From: Leptogorgia sarmentosa
Taxonomy: Eukaryota
Length of the DNA stretch: 64,000 bases
Direction of reading: 5' to 3'
Assembly: GCA_964658305.1 (NCBI GenBank)
Contig: OZ210884.1
Location: 1,116,001 to 1,180,000, forward strand
Under the pieces are notes generated by a model that saw only the letters and a list, made by a program, of their open reading frames with translations, ran no database searches and was not told where the DNA came from. Within the stretch, counting starts at the first letter, position 1. Every line of letters starts with the position of its first letter. A program made the position numbers and the translations under genes. Of the stretch, positions 15,401-30,400 are shown piece after piece.

Positions 15401-18400
15401 TTTGAATTGGTTACTTGGATAAAGGAAAGTATAAAAGGTAGGGTCTGGGACTGCTTATAATTTTATATGCTTGTACCGTGGAGCAAGAGCGTTGGGAACT
15501 GGGGCACATGGAGCATGTAGCTACGTTCTGATATTCTTTGTATCAGCCAATAAACATCCTGTTAGGTGTTAGGTGTTGGCTGTTAGTTGTTAAAGTTACC
15601 AGTCAGCGATGACCCTGTGCTTACAATGACATGATGCTAGGTGGCAGCGTCGAGTAGTGAAGGCAATGTTGCAGTGTTTTTCCTCAGATAATTTGAACTG
15701 TAGTGTTCAAATACGACGGTTTGAGGAAAAAAAATTGACCTTGTAAAGCTAAGCGAATGTGCAATTGTGATATAACAAAGTACTTCGGACAGCAACGTGT
15801 TGTTTGATCGAAGTAGAAGTTTCATTCTTTTCCAATTTTTAGTGAAATGAAATTGAAAAAATTCTTGGATTTTTTTATTTCGGTTTTAAATTACTCAAAT
15901 TTTATTGTGAAAATTGCTATTGACTTAATTTAATTGTCACATTCAATTATTGAGGTTTCTTTAAAAGTTTGAGTTGAATTGAGTTTTGATAAAATTTGAA
16001 TAAATTGGCTTATTTTTTTCAAATAATTTTTAAAAGATGTATGAAGAGGCAGTCGAATTTCGATTTTAGTCTAGCCATATAATTTTATAGAGAGTTGATC
16101 ATGAATGGCTCAACATTCAGGGGACAGTAGTTTCAATTGTTGTTCTTTGTTCAAACGCATCTTGATCACTGTAACAGCAGAAAGACTAAGATCATGAAAT
16201 TTAAAATTGTTTGGATTCGCAGATAAATTATGCTTCATGTATCTGTTTTTTCTAAGCACCAAAAGTGGCATTTTTTGATGGAAAGTATCCTGTTTTGTGC
16301 AAGCTAATGTTGCTATAAATATACTACTTCAACATTTAAACGGCACAGTGTCGATCCGTAGCATTTCGATTCTAGTTTTATTCAAGTAACATAATGGGCA
16401 AGAACCACCCCTCACTAGCATTAGAACGCCGGATCCAACATGCCCTTAATTTCCAGATTTTCTGGAGAACATACACACCAACCACATGAGCGTTGGTACA
16501 ACCCCACAAATTTCTAGGTGCCTTTTTATAATGCCAAATTCCCCTTTGAAACTACGCGCCCCCTGCAGAAGAACAGAGTGGATACTCGTGAAAAGCAAGT
16601 AATATCCCTTGTGCGCATAGCAAGTAATATCATTTTGTTTCCCTGATGTATGAATCTAAAGGGATTTTGAATTGCAGTGTTAATTTGAAATGTTTTCTCT
16701 TTTCTATATTTGTGAAGATGAACAAGAGCTCAAAGTCTTTGTCGATTTAGCAATGATTTCTGCTGGAGAGGAGGATATGGAGATTGACCGAATTTCTTTG
16801 ATGCACACTAGTTGTCTTGGGTTTGCATCTCTGATATTTGGTTACAAACCAGAACATGGTTTCAATGACTTGATGCGACTTTGTAAACCTGTATGGCAAG
16901 CCTTGGACACAAATCCAGACATTGAAGAAAAATTGGTGAGATGTTGTTAAGATTTAAAATATTGTGTAATCTATTAACGGTTGTAGTTTATATCTGATAA
17001 TCTTGCGTGTCTCAATTTTTTGGTAAATAAACATGGTGTAATCATGAAAGTCATGGACAATTTATTTCAAGCAAATTTAGTAAATACAAACACACACATT
17101 CTAACATTGCATTTCTATTTAAGGTGTCGACTAAAGACGACCTCCCATGGCTGAAGCAAGTTAAAGAGTCACATGGTTCTGTTGCTCTAACAACTATGGC
17201 GCAAGTTGAGGCAATCAATTCATCTGGCATTTACCACATTGCTGACAGCGAAAAAAGCAAAGACATCAAATGTTTCACAAGTGGTGTCAAGTTATGCATT
17301 GAAAACACTGTATGCCTTGTTATTCCTGAAGAGAAGAACCGAGAAGAAAAGATTTATAGCTTGGAAGAAGTGAAGGATGTTCAGAGTAAATTAATGTTGA
17401 TCGCCGGCAAAGAGAGTCGAAAAGACGAAGCGGATCAATTTAACCAGGTTTGTGATGGGATTTGTCAAATTAAAAAAAAAATGCGCCCGGGAAGGAACGA
17501 GCCTAAATGAAAAATTAAATTCAAAGGATAAAATTGACCCCAAAATTAACAAAATTTCCGTGTAGTAGCAAAATTGTTTATCGGCTTCTATATGTACGAT
17601 TCCGTGTTTAAAATCCAGCGTGAAACAAACATTGTGAGTTGAAGAAATCTGAATGTTATTGCCTACTGTAGCTAAATAAGATCGGATTGGCCAGTTGAAT
17701 TACCGTAATAAATGTTAATTGTGTTATTATTATCATCAGCAATTTTTCCTCAGTTTTTTTTCCAAAATATGATGTTAGCCTAATGTCTTCTTAGAAACGT
17801 TACACTATTCTTGGACTCCTGCTTGTAGTATCATCTGTCATTTTTAATACCATTACAAGACAATCTACATTTGAAAAAATTCACAATTCTTTATTCTTTG
17901 CCAGGTCTTTGAAGGAATTTTGAGAGTAAGTGGTTTGTACTTGCAACTTTGTGAGGTTGGCGAAATCCGTTATCTAATATGGAATAGAGAATTTCAGTGT
18001 AGCAACGATGATAGCTGCAGAGACGACTTGTTGACCAACATAAATAAAACCTGTGAAACAATGGAAAGTGATTTGAAGGAATGGAAGAAAACTGTGAATG
18101 AGAAGAGAAGCAAATGCTACTCTTTGAACCACTTTACAATGAAACAGATTTTGAACTTGAGAAAAGAGTTAGCGAGTGTTTGCACCGGTCAGGTGGCGGT
18201 CGATGAACTACCATTACAGACTTTTATGCTTCTTGAAACTGTTAACAAGAATATTGATCCTTTGCTCCTCGCTGATGTTCTAAGAACAATAATAGCTGAT
18301 GACTCAATCTTTTTGACAGACGATGGTTTCGAAGATGAAGACAAGTATTTTACTAGCGACATACAGGACGAGAGCATTGCTGAGGAGGATGTCGAAATAG

Positions 18401-21400
18401 AAGTAGATGTATTTCAGCCAGCCTTCCATTCCCAAGGGATGAATTCAGTTGAAACCTTTCTTAGCGCAAAGGAAGCCCTTGAGGATATGTCTATGGAAGT
18501 AAATCTTGATGATTATTTGCTGGCTGCCTTACAAGATTGCGGTCATGATGCAACGGAAGATGAACTTGTCGCTTGGGTTGTCTCTCATGAAAATGATGAA
18601 GAAACTGTGTTGTTGTTGTGTGAAGAAGCAAAGAAAAACCCACGCCTCTCAGACCTGGTGGAGGAAGTCTTTGGTCTGGAGTGCCAGACTGGGAATGATG
18701 AAGAGGAGTTTTTGAATAGTACGACTGAACACGAAAGGTAGATGTAGTTATTTTAAGCTTCATTTCTCCACGCATTCTCTGCGTACGGTTAGCTTTCCAA
18801 CATATCGCGATGCCACAATATCTCTTCATTTTTTCACTACGGGGTTTAAAATCGATAGACTTAACTCATTCTTTTCCAATTAAAATCCTAGAATATGTTG
18901 CTAAAGTTTAGCGTAAAAATTTATGTATGTACAGTATTTCATTTTTGTATTCGTGTCTTTTGAAGTTCAGCCATAACGCAAAACGCAAGGGCGGAACATA
19001 TATGCAACTTAAATTTTTTATGGAAAATAAAAAAGCCCATTTTCAATTCAAAATATATCGATGTTGATGGCATTGTTTTTTTTTGTTTTTTGCATGTAGG
19101 AAAATACCAAAAATCGTCACAAATTCGGATGAACCGTACGTGAAAATCGGAAAAGAAACTTATCTCACTTTAGAAACTCTGGCTGCAATTTTAGAAAAAC
19201 TTTCAGAATCAGGTAAGTGTATACAAAAGTAGCAGTTTTGTAATGGTTAAACTGAAATATGGTGTCTTTCTTTTTCGGGTAACTGTAAAAAATTGCCTCG
19301 AATTTCCTTATCAAAAACGCAACGCACGTTTTTAGCTTAGTAATTTTGATATACTATCTTGAAAATTAATGCTGTAGAGCTTGCGCACTTTCAAGCTTGC
19401 AATTTTCTGTTTTCATGGAACAGGATCATTGCATATTCAAACGACCCTGACGCAAAATTCAATATCATTCCATCTTTTATGAGAAATCGGAACATTTCTT
19501 GTCAGAAACTGCTCATTGCACATTAACGACGGATTTTTTACGTGAAAAGTGGAGTTTTGGTAAACTAACTCCTTGATCTATTTAATTGCAAAACATCGAT
19601 TATTCGCATGTGATTATGTGTTGTACACAGGTGTACCCGCGATAACATCTATAGTAAAGACTAAAAAATGTCGCATTCTGCAGACCGTGCATAAACATAA
19701 TTGTTATTTCCTTAAATTTTGTATTATTCAATTGTGATAGTCGTGTTTCATGAATCATGACCATTTTATGTATTTCTGCATGTACATGTAGACTCCAGTG
19801 ATATTCACCGAAAGTTACCAGCAGTCTTAAAAGAAGGTGAACCAAACTTACTACTTGTTCCAAAAGGTAGGTGACAAATTCTACGCTTTCAATTGACCAT
19901 AGCGAAAAAGATGGCGGCATGTCCATTTTACCAGAATGCATTGCGGGTGCTAGAACTACATACATACAGCAACCCCTCGCACGTCTTTTAAACGTACCAA
20001 CACTGCATTCAACTCAGTGCAACTATACTCAAACAACATGAAGTATTGTGACGTTGTTATAATGACAACACAAAAATGGGGAAATAATGGCAAAAATATC
20101 AGTTTTCAGTCATACCTTGCGAATTTTGTACACTTTTGTTTTACTTGCGAAAAATTGGTAAATCAGATTTCGCGCCCGTGTTTTATCAGTGTGATAGTGA
20201 TAATCCGATTTAGTGTCCTTGTTCATTCAACACGACCGATAGCTCATGTTGTAGGCAGTACACAGAAATAATAGACCGTATGAACATATATGAACATAAC
20301 CATTACCATAACCATTACCGTACCAGGAACAGCAATTCTTGTCTTTCATCCACTCTTCGGTTCGTCCCATGCTATTGCACCCAATTAGTCAGAATGGTAG
20401 ACATGTAATGGGCGCCTCGAAATAACACTAGTTATGATTATTTTGGCAGCCATTTGTCTGTCATTTTCATCAGTAGCTATATGCACGTGTGAAACTGCGC
20501 GAAGCGGTTTTTAATTTTCGCAAAAAGGTGCGGTCATAGTAGCTATTATCAGGAATTTTGATGGATTTCAGTACTTGGAATTTCACTTGAAAACGGATAA
20601 AGCTCGTCCATATAGTGTATAATTATTTTTTTAGGGGAAGTGTTTGGTTGTGTTTTGTCCCTCTTCATGGGATCTAAAGATGAAGCTTTACCAACGGATG
20701 AGGAAGTGATTGTTTGCGACGAAAATACTACGGCTGAAGAAGTAGGTTAATTAAGAACCTTATGAAAGCTTTATGAATACCTTGAATAAACGAAAACGAG
20801 CGAGCAAGCAAGCAAACCAACAAACAAACAAAAAAAACGACACCCTTACCCGTATTTGGTTACTATATTTAATTATTTCCATCGCAATTGTATATTAGGT
20901 AGAATTGCTTTGGCGACGTGTAGTTGTTGACGAACGTGGTCTGTTGTTTTGTCTGGTTAACGCTGATCTACTGGACTATGACGTCAGCCAACAAGCTGTC
21001 CGTTCTTTAGAAACATTAACACAAGGCCATTCCGGTTAGTATATGCATGCATGATGTGTCATGCTACTTGTTTTCTAATAATATTGGGAAGTTACTCCTG
21101 GATGAAAGTGCTTTTTGGTTGTTTGCAATGGCGTGGATTTGGAATTTCTGGTCAAGGGCAACTAGGACGAAAATCTGTCCATTAGAGAAAATTTTATAAG
21201 TTAGAGATAGATGTGTTGCCGTCCAGTTTATCTCGTTTCAACCACTCAGATCTGAGGAAATTCGTGTACCAGTTATTCGATTTCCCGTCATTTGGGCGAA
21301 AAGTCACGTGATTGCAAACAAGCAATTGTTCACACGCCTGTTCATTTTACCCCCGGGTGACATAAAAACTGATCATTCTTTCATTATCTTTGAAAAATAT

Positions 21401-24400
21401 GTCAGTCCGAAAATTATGAGCCTGCGGTGAAACCGGTTTGAACAGTGTTTTCCTGTTCTTAGTTGTCAACAGCATTGAAATAATATTGTGATAACAATTC
21501 GCGAATATTTTATGTTCAAATATTGTCGCATGGTTTCTTGAAATACCGTTCGAAAGGTCATTTCTCCTGTTTTTGTTTGCTGTGATTTAACAAGACTTCT
21601 TGCGTAAAATGGTTGCCCTCTTTATAACCCACCTTGCTCTTCCTTCTCAAGCCCTGGACAAAGTAGGACGCATTGTTGCGGAAAAATTGTTTCTTCATGC
21701 ATTTTTTCGCCATTTTTTCACTGCTGCTGGAACATGCACTGATCTCGTGCACTGATCTGTGATTTTACTTACATTTGATACATTACGTAGTACCATATTG
21801 TCGGGGTATTTGTCCTTGCATGCGCATGTCTATTAAGGCTCATACAGACCGGACGCGATTCGGTAACGCGACGCGATTTTTCCGGCACTTTTCGGAAGCA
21901 AACATAATTGCCCCTGATGCAATATTTTCCAAAATTTCATAGCAGCAAAACATCTTGACTCAACAGGTTCACATAGCTTCCGAAATTTACTTTCTGGGAC
22001 TCTTTTATGCACTTTCAAAAACTGGAAAATCGCGTCCCCTCAACAAATCGCGTCCGGTCTGTGAGGGGCTTAAAGCTTGAAATATGTGAGCAAACTGGGG
22101 AACATTGTGTCCGTAACTTTGAATCAAAGGTGGGCAAACAGAGAAACAGACATAATGTTTGCACGACAACGTTTCCTATTTTGCTCAGGGCTTTGAAGTA
22201 GGTATCATATTGAAACTTTGGGCCTGTTCATATGAGCAGAAGTTATCCTGGTCAGCGAGAAAACATTTCGACAAGTGTACAAGCGAGATTTCGCCTTGTA
22301 ATGACCCAGATAATTTTCGTCCCATATGAACACAACATAACCACAACTTTTCCGGTAAGCGGGAAAAGTTTTCTTCATATGAACAGAACAAACTTATTTG
22401 GCTAGTCGAAATGTTTTCTCGCCGGGATAACTTTTCTCAATATTCTCAATAGGCCCTTAGGAGTAGAGATGCTGAGGGATCCTGAGAAAATTATAGCATA
22501 TCCCACACAACTATAATGCCTCGGCATTCAATGTCCTTAACATTTGGCCATGTTTTGATTATTTGTCTTCGCTTTCTCGTAGATTATCATTTAGTCGTGA
22601 TTTGCAGCATTGAAAATGAGGACAAGTCAAACATGGTTGCATCCTTGGATCAGTTTCGTCGCCAGTTTCCTCCTCTCTCGTCAATGAAAGCGATTGAGAA
22701 TTACTTGAAAAGGCAGCTGTCAGTTTCAGATGGTACATTGGTGGGTGATACTAAATGGGAACCCGCTGCCTCTGTTGACGTGGAAAAGTGAGTGATTTTA
22801 AACTTACAATAGTTTTGTACATAGTGTTCAGTAATACCATAGACAAGCAAAGGAATGGACTTCACTTTTAGTGTTGTTTGAGATAAATTTTTTCCATTTT
22901 AAGGCAATTTCTACGTTATGTAGCGTGGTCGCCATGTTTGTTTTGTTTTGACCATTGAACAAATCTGTCGCTTGAGCTCTAACTCGATGGTTTATAGTGA
23001 CAACCAATTTTTGCGCTGTGATTACAGATTTTTGGACTGTGATCATAGCAAATTGCACTGTCATTATAGAAAATTGTACTGTGATTACAGAAAATTGAAC
23101 TGTGATTGCAGAAAATTGCACTGTGATTACAGAAAATTGCACTGTGATTACAGAAAATTGCACTGTGATTACAGAAATTGCACTGTGATAACAGAAAATT
23201 GCACTGTGATTACAGAAAATTGCACTGTGATTACAGAAAATTGCACTGTGATTACAGAAAATTGCACTGTGATTACAGAAAATTGCACTGTGATTACAGA
23301 AAATTGCACTGTGATTACAGAAAATTGCACTGTGATTACAGAAAATTGCACTGTGATTACACAAAATTGCACTGTGATTACACAAAATTGCACTGTGATT
23401 ACAGAAAATTGCACTGTGATAACAGAAAATTGCACTGTGATTACAGAAAATTGCACTGTGATTACAGAAATTGCACTGTGATAACAGAAAATTGCACTGT
23501 GATTACAGAAAATTGCACTGTGATTACAGAAAATTGCACTGTGATTACAGAAAATTGCACTGTGATTACACAAAATTGCACTGTGATTACAGAAAATTGC
23601 ACTGTGATTACACAAAATTGCACTGTGATTACACAAAATTGCACTGTGATTACAGAAAATTGCACTGTGATTACACAAAATTGCACTGTGATTACACAAA
23701 ATTGCACTGTGATTACAGAAAATTGCACTGTGATTACACAAAATTGCACTGTGATTACACAAAATTGCACTGTGATTACAGAAAATTGCACTGTGCTTGC
23801 AGAAATTTGCATTGTGATTACAGAAATTTGCACTGTGATTACACAAAATTGCACTGTGATTGCGGAAAATTGCACTGTGATTGCAGAAAATTGCACTGTG
23901 ATTACAGAAAATTGCACTGTGATTACAGAAAATTGCACTGTGATTACAGAAAATTGCACCGTGATTACAGAAAATTGCACTGTGCTTGCAGAAATTTGCA
24001 TTGTGATACAGAAATTTGCACTAAGATTACACAAAATTGCACTGTGATTGCAGAAAATTGCACTGTGATTGAAGAAAATTGCACTGTCATTACAGAAAAT
24101 CGCACTGTGATTACAGAAAATTGCACTGTGATAACAGAATATAAACAGATGTTCACAAAAACACTTTAATTTTAGGACATTGAAGAAAAACTGTAATTAT
24201 TTCGTTCGTATTTTTATTTTCAAAGTTTATCTGTACGTGTGGTCCAATCGTCCAGAGCTGGTATGGGAAAAAGTTTGATAGTAAAACATTTGGCAGACCA
24301 AGTGACTAATCTTACCAACAACAAAAAACTTCGCGAAGGTTTGGTGCCGTCTGTAAGTCCTACCATTCCTGTACATGGAATTTCTGTGGATAGTGATCGT

Positions 24401-27400
24401 GTTGTTCGTACTCTTCTTTCCCATGATGTCAAAAGAGATATTCCAGTTTCCAGGATTTTTCATCTGGACATGTCTCAGTCGGTTGGTAACATGCATTTAG
24501 GGCGATTACCATTACACGGTCGGACCGGTCTGACAAAAGAATATTGCAAAATTCTAGCCTTACTTGGCTTTATATTCCTAGTCTTATGTCAAAATTATCT
24601 TTATTGGGTCCAAGCCTGTCACCTTTGTTTGCATGGTCTCTTGTCATTAAACCATTTTTCTTGCTTTTAAAATGTTGGTCAGATCTGTTTGGCCGTGTGA
24701 ATGGAAAGTGCCCATGAAATGATTCTTAATGTTTAATTTTTCTAAATATTTCCAAATATTCCAAATAGTACATGGCAATGCTTAAGCCCAAATGTCATAC
24801 GGACTGGAAGTGCAATAGGGAAAAGAATATTTATTGACGTCGCAATAACTCGCAAGTTAAATACATGAACAACTTTATCAATTTAAGACGGCTACTACCG
24901 TTGAAAATGTTGTAACAGTTTGTGACGTTATAATAATATTTAAATGCAAACAAACTGAGATATCTCAACAATGAAAACCGATGAAAAAATGTATTTGCAG
25001 TTCAACAAATCTTTCTATTGAAACGTACTTTAATTTCAGTGCTGTTGCTGCCATGTATTAACTGCAATGGAGAATGTTAATTTTTGAGTTGCTTGCAGTG
25101 TTTGATGCTAGGCTACGAGGAAATAGACTAGGTGGCATGCACAGTTGAGACTTTCACGTACATTTTAATCTTATTAATTCCCTGAACTTCTACCCTTTTC
25201 TTTCCAACTTTGTTAAGGTTGCTAAAGGATTGGACAATTTCTTGTTCAAACTTGTGATCTTACGAATTGTGAAAGATCACAGCGGGAATTTGTGGAGAAG
25301 AAGACCAACCGATATGTATGTTATTGAAATTACAACAGACAAGACTTTTGAAGCATTAACTGTTAAAGATGCTCCAACAGACCGCGACTGCCATCAGGTA
25401 ATGAACGTTCGAAGATCCTTTTAAGGCCGGTTTAGCTGTACAACTTTTGCTTACAACGGTCGCATGCAATGCGCGTACAACTCGAATTGTTCAATGTAAA
25501 TTGACAGTACAACTCGCTACGACAGTTCGATACAACACGAAAAAAGTTGTAGCGTTTTGAAAGCATGCTTGAAAAGCTTACGACAATCGTAAGCGACAAT
25601 TGCATGCGACAGTTGTAAGCAAAAGTTGTACAGTGTTAACCGGCCTTTACAAATCTAAACTTTGCTTGGCATTGAAATTAACGTTTCCGTTGCTAGTTTC
25701 GAGCTACAAATTTTTAAGAAATTCCCCTTTAGTAAAAGAAGATAACCAATAAAATTTACATGCGTTATGAATTCTATAATAATTATTAAATAAATTATTA
25801 AATTTCTACAGAACACGAGAAAACGAGTTGCAACAAGCAAGTACTCGTTGGTAAAATTTCTTCCTCGAACACATTGCCTAACGCCCAGAGAAACTTTGGA
25901 GGACATGCAGCAAAACAAAAGAGGTAATGGTGATTGTATTAAAGATTAAGTAGTGCCTTTTATTACTCTCTCCTTGCCTTCTGAACGGATTGCAAGACAG
26001 CAGTAGTCAAGTTGTCGAGTGCAAATCATGCACAGCCGGAATTTTAGCCGAGAACAGTCGAGGAATACTAGTCAACTGTTTAAGACCAACGCATAATGTC
26101 ACCAACTCTTGTGATCACAGAAGGATCCAGGGACAACAGTTGTGAACTTCATAGATTTTTCAAATTAATTACACAAAACTCCGTCTGAGTTTAAGGCGTC
26201 TGTAATACTTTAACTACTGTACCCAACTATACGTGCGTCAAAACGAAATGTTTACTGCAAAATGCGAAAGTTTGAATGTTTTGTTATGCCAACAAGTTTT
26301 ATACGCCACAGTTTGGATTAATGAGTCATCAAAAATAAAGTTAATTTCCTATAAAATACGATTTAGTTAATGAATTTTGCTCCAATACAGCTAACTGGTG
26401 TTCAACACTGAACAACTCATTAATATGCAAAATGTGACGCAATTAAAGAGTAAAGGAAAACAGTAAAACAGAAATATCTCATCAAAAAACCTCTTTTAAT
26501 ACAATAAAAGGATAAAAGAATTTGTACTGCAATTTTAAAAGTTCTAGCTTTCACATAATGTATACGTAATAAAAATTTTCATTTCATAGCTACTAGCTTG
26601 AACTTGTTCAATTTGTGGTGTACGTACCCATTTTATTATGTTTCATTTCCGTAATTCATGGGCTTACGATAAATGCCGCGATACTGTATGATTTCGAGTG
26701 CGATTTTCGAAATGCGATTTCGAGTAAATAATATAATATTCTTTCAGAAACCTTGCTTTTATACTATACCGAATTTATTTAGCTTTCGGAATTCAATTTT
26801 TGTTTACAGGAGATACAGGTTTTGACCTAGAAAAGTTTCGCAGTGAAGAATATCAGCGGACATTCCAGTATCTTACGAAGCTTGCAGCAGGGTCAAACTT
26901 GGATCAGTTTTCGTTCGAATACAAACCTCGCGTCATCGCTGGTGACCCAGTCGATGCCCTGAAGATTATCATCCAGTAAGAATGACTTCCTCGTTTTGAA
27001 CGATCCCAATAGTGTTACACGATGATGTAGGAAGTTAGTTAGATAAACTGATTGCAGTCATTTTATTAACACGTAAACAAGTTTACCCATGATGGGAAAA
27101 TTCGGCAGTTGACTGCGCCAACTAAGAGCTTGCCAATTTGTCCAGCTTGGTTGGTAACTGCCATGGCATAACAATAGTACGTTTATTGTATTTAAGTTTC
27201 CGAAACAATTGCAATTATTATACATTTAAAATTTATTCTCGTTCCTGATTGGTCAGAAAGCGCCGGCTAATTCTCAGTATTCGGTACTTATTACGTATTT
27301 TCCGCCGATGACGTAATCAGCGTCCAATAATTATTTTTTTGGATCGAACTTGCATCCAAAAAAAATATTATTGGACTCTCTCGTTCCCAAGCCCAAACAA

Positions 27401-30400
27401 ACAATGGCCTGCAGCTGATTTGCTTCGCTGAATGAAATTGAACTCTCTTTTAACTGCCTAACATTGACATCGGTCTGAATAATTCTTGATATCATGCTCA
27501 GCCTCATCCAATAATTGTTTATTATAATGATGATTTTTTGTAATAAGCGGCCGGACTTGTCCCAGCGATCATTTCTTAAATGGAACTGATCATGGAATTC
27601 GAAGGAGATTCAAAGAACTTAACATTCAAGAGAAGTGCCAGATTTTACTACAATAAATTAACTTGGTTTGCGTAGCTTGTTTTCGGAGCGCCCAAGGTTT
27701 TATAGCTAGTTGCTTTTTAATTTGATTTATGAAGTATAGTGCACGTTTTTCGGAAATGAAAACAAGACAAACAATTGAAACTGTAAATTTTCGACTTTAT
27801 TTCAAAGTCATCGACAGACAGAAATTCGGAAATACAGAAGTATTGTTTGATTTAGTAATTAGTAAATTTACGCATGAGGATGAACTGACAATGGATGCAA
27901 AATGAGCGAAGACAAAATAAAATATGGAGAATTAGTTGCAAAAGAGAAGGATAAATTATGTTAAAATAATATGTGCACGTGGGTATCTATTATATGTAAA
28001 ATAGATTGGGACCCATTTACAATCTGGATATTTTTGTAGATATTGTGGAATCCGTGATCCATCCTGGGCTGAATTGTATCACTTTGTAAACTTTTTAAAC
28101 GTCCAGCTACGTGACTGTGAAAAAAGCGTTTTCTGTAACCCGCACTTGGCTGGGGACCTTCTGCAAGGATTTAGAACATTCGCCATTCGTCTCATGATTC
28201 AAATGTCTCGTGTAAGTTTCCCATTTGATTTTAGGGAGCTAGGTTACTCGTGACTAGGAGGACAGAGAATGTATGACAGCAGTGTGTTACATTTTCAGCT
28301 TTTTTGCATAACTCAATTATCCATTCCTTGTTTTACGACATAGCTACATGACTGGTTTGCAATTTGATTGTTTTATATCGTGAAAAACGATAGGAAATTG
28401 CCGAAACGTTTCAGTTTTCCATATCCAATTAAGCTCCATTAGGAATAAAAATATGTGCTTAGCATTTTGCCCAGTTAAACGCAGTTTCATCAGTAAATTT
28501 ATGGGTAATACATGATTTTGCACCTCATGATTGAAAATCTTTACCTCCGATTTAGTATCATACTTAGTATTCTCTTAGCAGAGAAAAATTCTCGTAATCC
28601 TCTAAAAATGATGACTTGTGTATATAACGACGGTACAGTGTATAATAAAAGTGAACAGATCGAGAAAAAGTGTTTGAATGAAATGTATTGTTCTGCTTCA
28701 GGACTTTGCCACAAGATCTCTAAGTGATGATAACTTGGGTGTTGAAGATCCGTCCGTGTCGGAAGAAGATGACTTGGCACCATTTCAAATACGACGACGT
28801 TGGGAAAAAAGGTATTTGAAATAGAAACTGTACAAAATTGAACTTGGGAACTATAAAGTTTACCTACTAATAATTTAGTCAAGAATATACATATGCATGT
28901 CCGTACGTTTATGTACGTATCATTCTGAATTTTTGAATATCATTTCCACGTGCTCTTGCAACAAATTTTCATCCAAAATCTTTTCGATTGCGTGCTAAGA
29001 TTTTTTTGTTGAATTCAATATGTAACCTCTATGTAACAGGTAGTATTTTTGCAGTAGCCTTCTGTGAAATTAGCCAATATAGCTACAAATATCGATGGCG
29101 CTCTGCTAATCATACACAAAAGCTTTAATTCATTTGCTCTCTCGTAGAATCACATACATGCACATTATTAGCTGAAAATTAGACAAATAATGAATGTTGA
29201 TGAGTGCAGCTGTAAGAATATTTTTATCAAGTGAGAGATGGAATGTTCCATTTCACAAGGCGAGCAAAATATAACACCAAGAGTTGAATACGAAACAAAT
29301 AAATAACCACAGCACGTGTGAAAATCGTACAATAATGGAACGTTCGTGATAGTGACTGATGAATTTTAATGAGAACCAACCTTGGAACGCGTTACACGCC
29401 CTGGTTACACGTGATGCTCCTCCACCAATCAAATGATATACAGTCTGATGCATGGTAGACGACATAATGTGGAATGAGTATCCGTATTTAGCATGGCCAC
29501 TTTATTTATTACCACATTATTACGTCATGTTGTGTATCCATAACTGAACATTCAACGGCGAAGTATATCCCATTTAATTGTTACAAATTTTCTCAAAATT
29601 CATGAGCTATAGCTATGCGTGTTAAACAGCGAGACCGTGATAATTTTTCATTAATCACCTTCCATCACATGGCGCATAAAAAGTATCAACATTTTTGTCA
29701 AAATATTACCGTAGAAGCTTTTGAAACATCTGGTAAGATCTTGAGGCCTGAAGAAATATTTTTTTAATTTGCAGTCCCCATCCATACATCTTTTTCAATC
29801 ATGACCGAGTCAGCATGACTTTCCTGGGATTTCTACTCAACAAAAGGGGTGACTTGCTTAATCCTGAAACCAACCAAGTTTTAGAGCGAGGATTGGTGGA
29901 TCCCACTTTGAGACAACAACTTAAACACCAAGGCGTTGATTTTGATATAAACTACGAGAAACGTGACAGGTTTGATTCAATTAGACTTTATGTACTATTC
30001 TAGACATATGCAACAAATCGACGACTCCCGCTTTCGACCAATTTTTGACCCGGAAACATAAAAGGAAGTTTCTGGAAAGAAGTTGCGAAACATCGCAAAT
30101 TACAGGAAATATAGCCCTGAAATTCCTGAAATTACCAATTTTGGCACGTTGCGCAAAAGTGTACAAGTTTCTGACGTTGAACGGCTATGTTTTCCTCATT
30201 TTACATTATTTCGCAAGCAATCTTTACAATAGTCCTGGACGCTTCTTTTTGCTTCTATCTTCTTGCCTGGACCAATATTCAGTGTAAAGCGCAAGTTGTC
30301 TAATAATTGTCACCCAAACCCTTTTTGATTGCATGGAAAATCTTTTTAAAAATAAGACAATGTAACATTGTTTTTGCAAAGATACTTAACTTTGCTTGAT

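Noticed and set aside
23033..24138. CRISPR-like array
   Set aside because: Units are head-to-tail with no unique spacers, there are no cas genes, and the context is a eukaryotic intron.
22828..24169. Long repetitive ORFs (CNHSAIF, TVITENC, HCDYRKL repeats), also at 59083-59654
   Set aside because: Artefact of a 21-bp unit with no stop codon in several frames on both strands; no splice or protein evidence.
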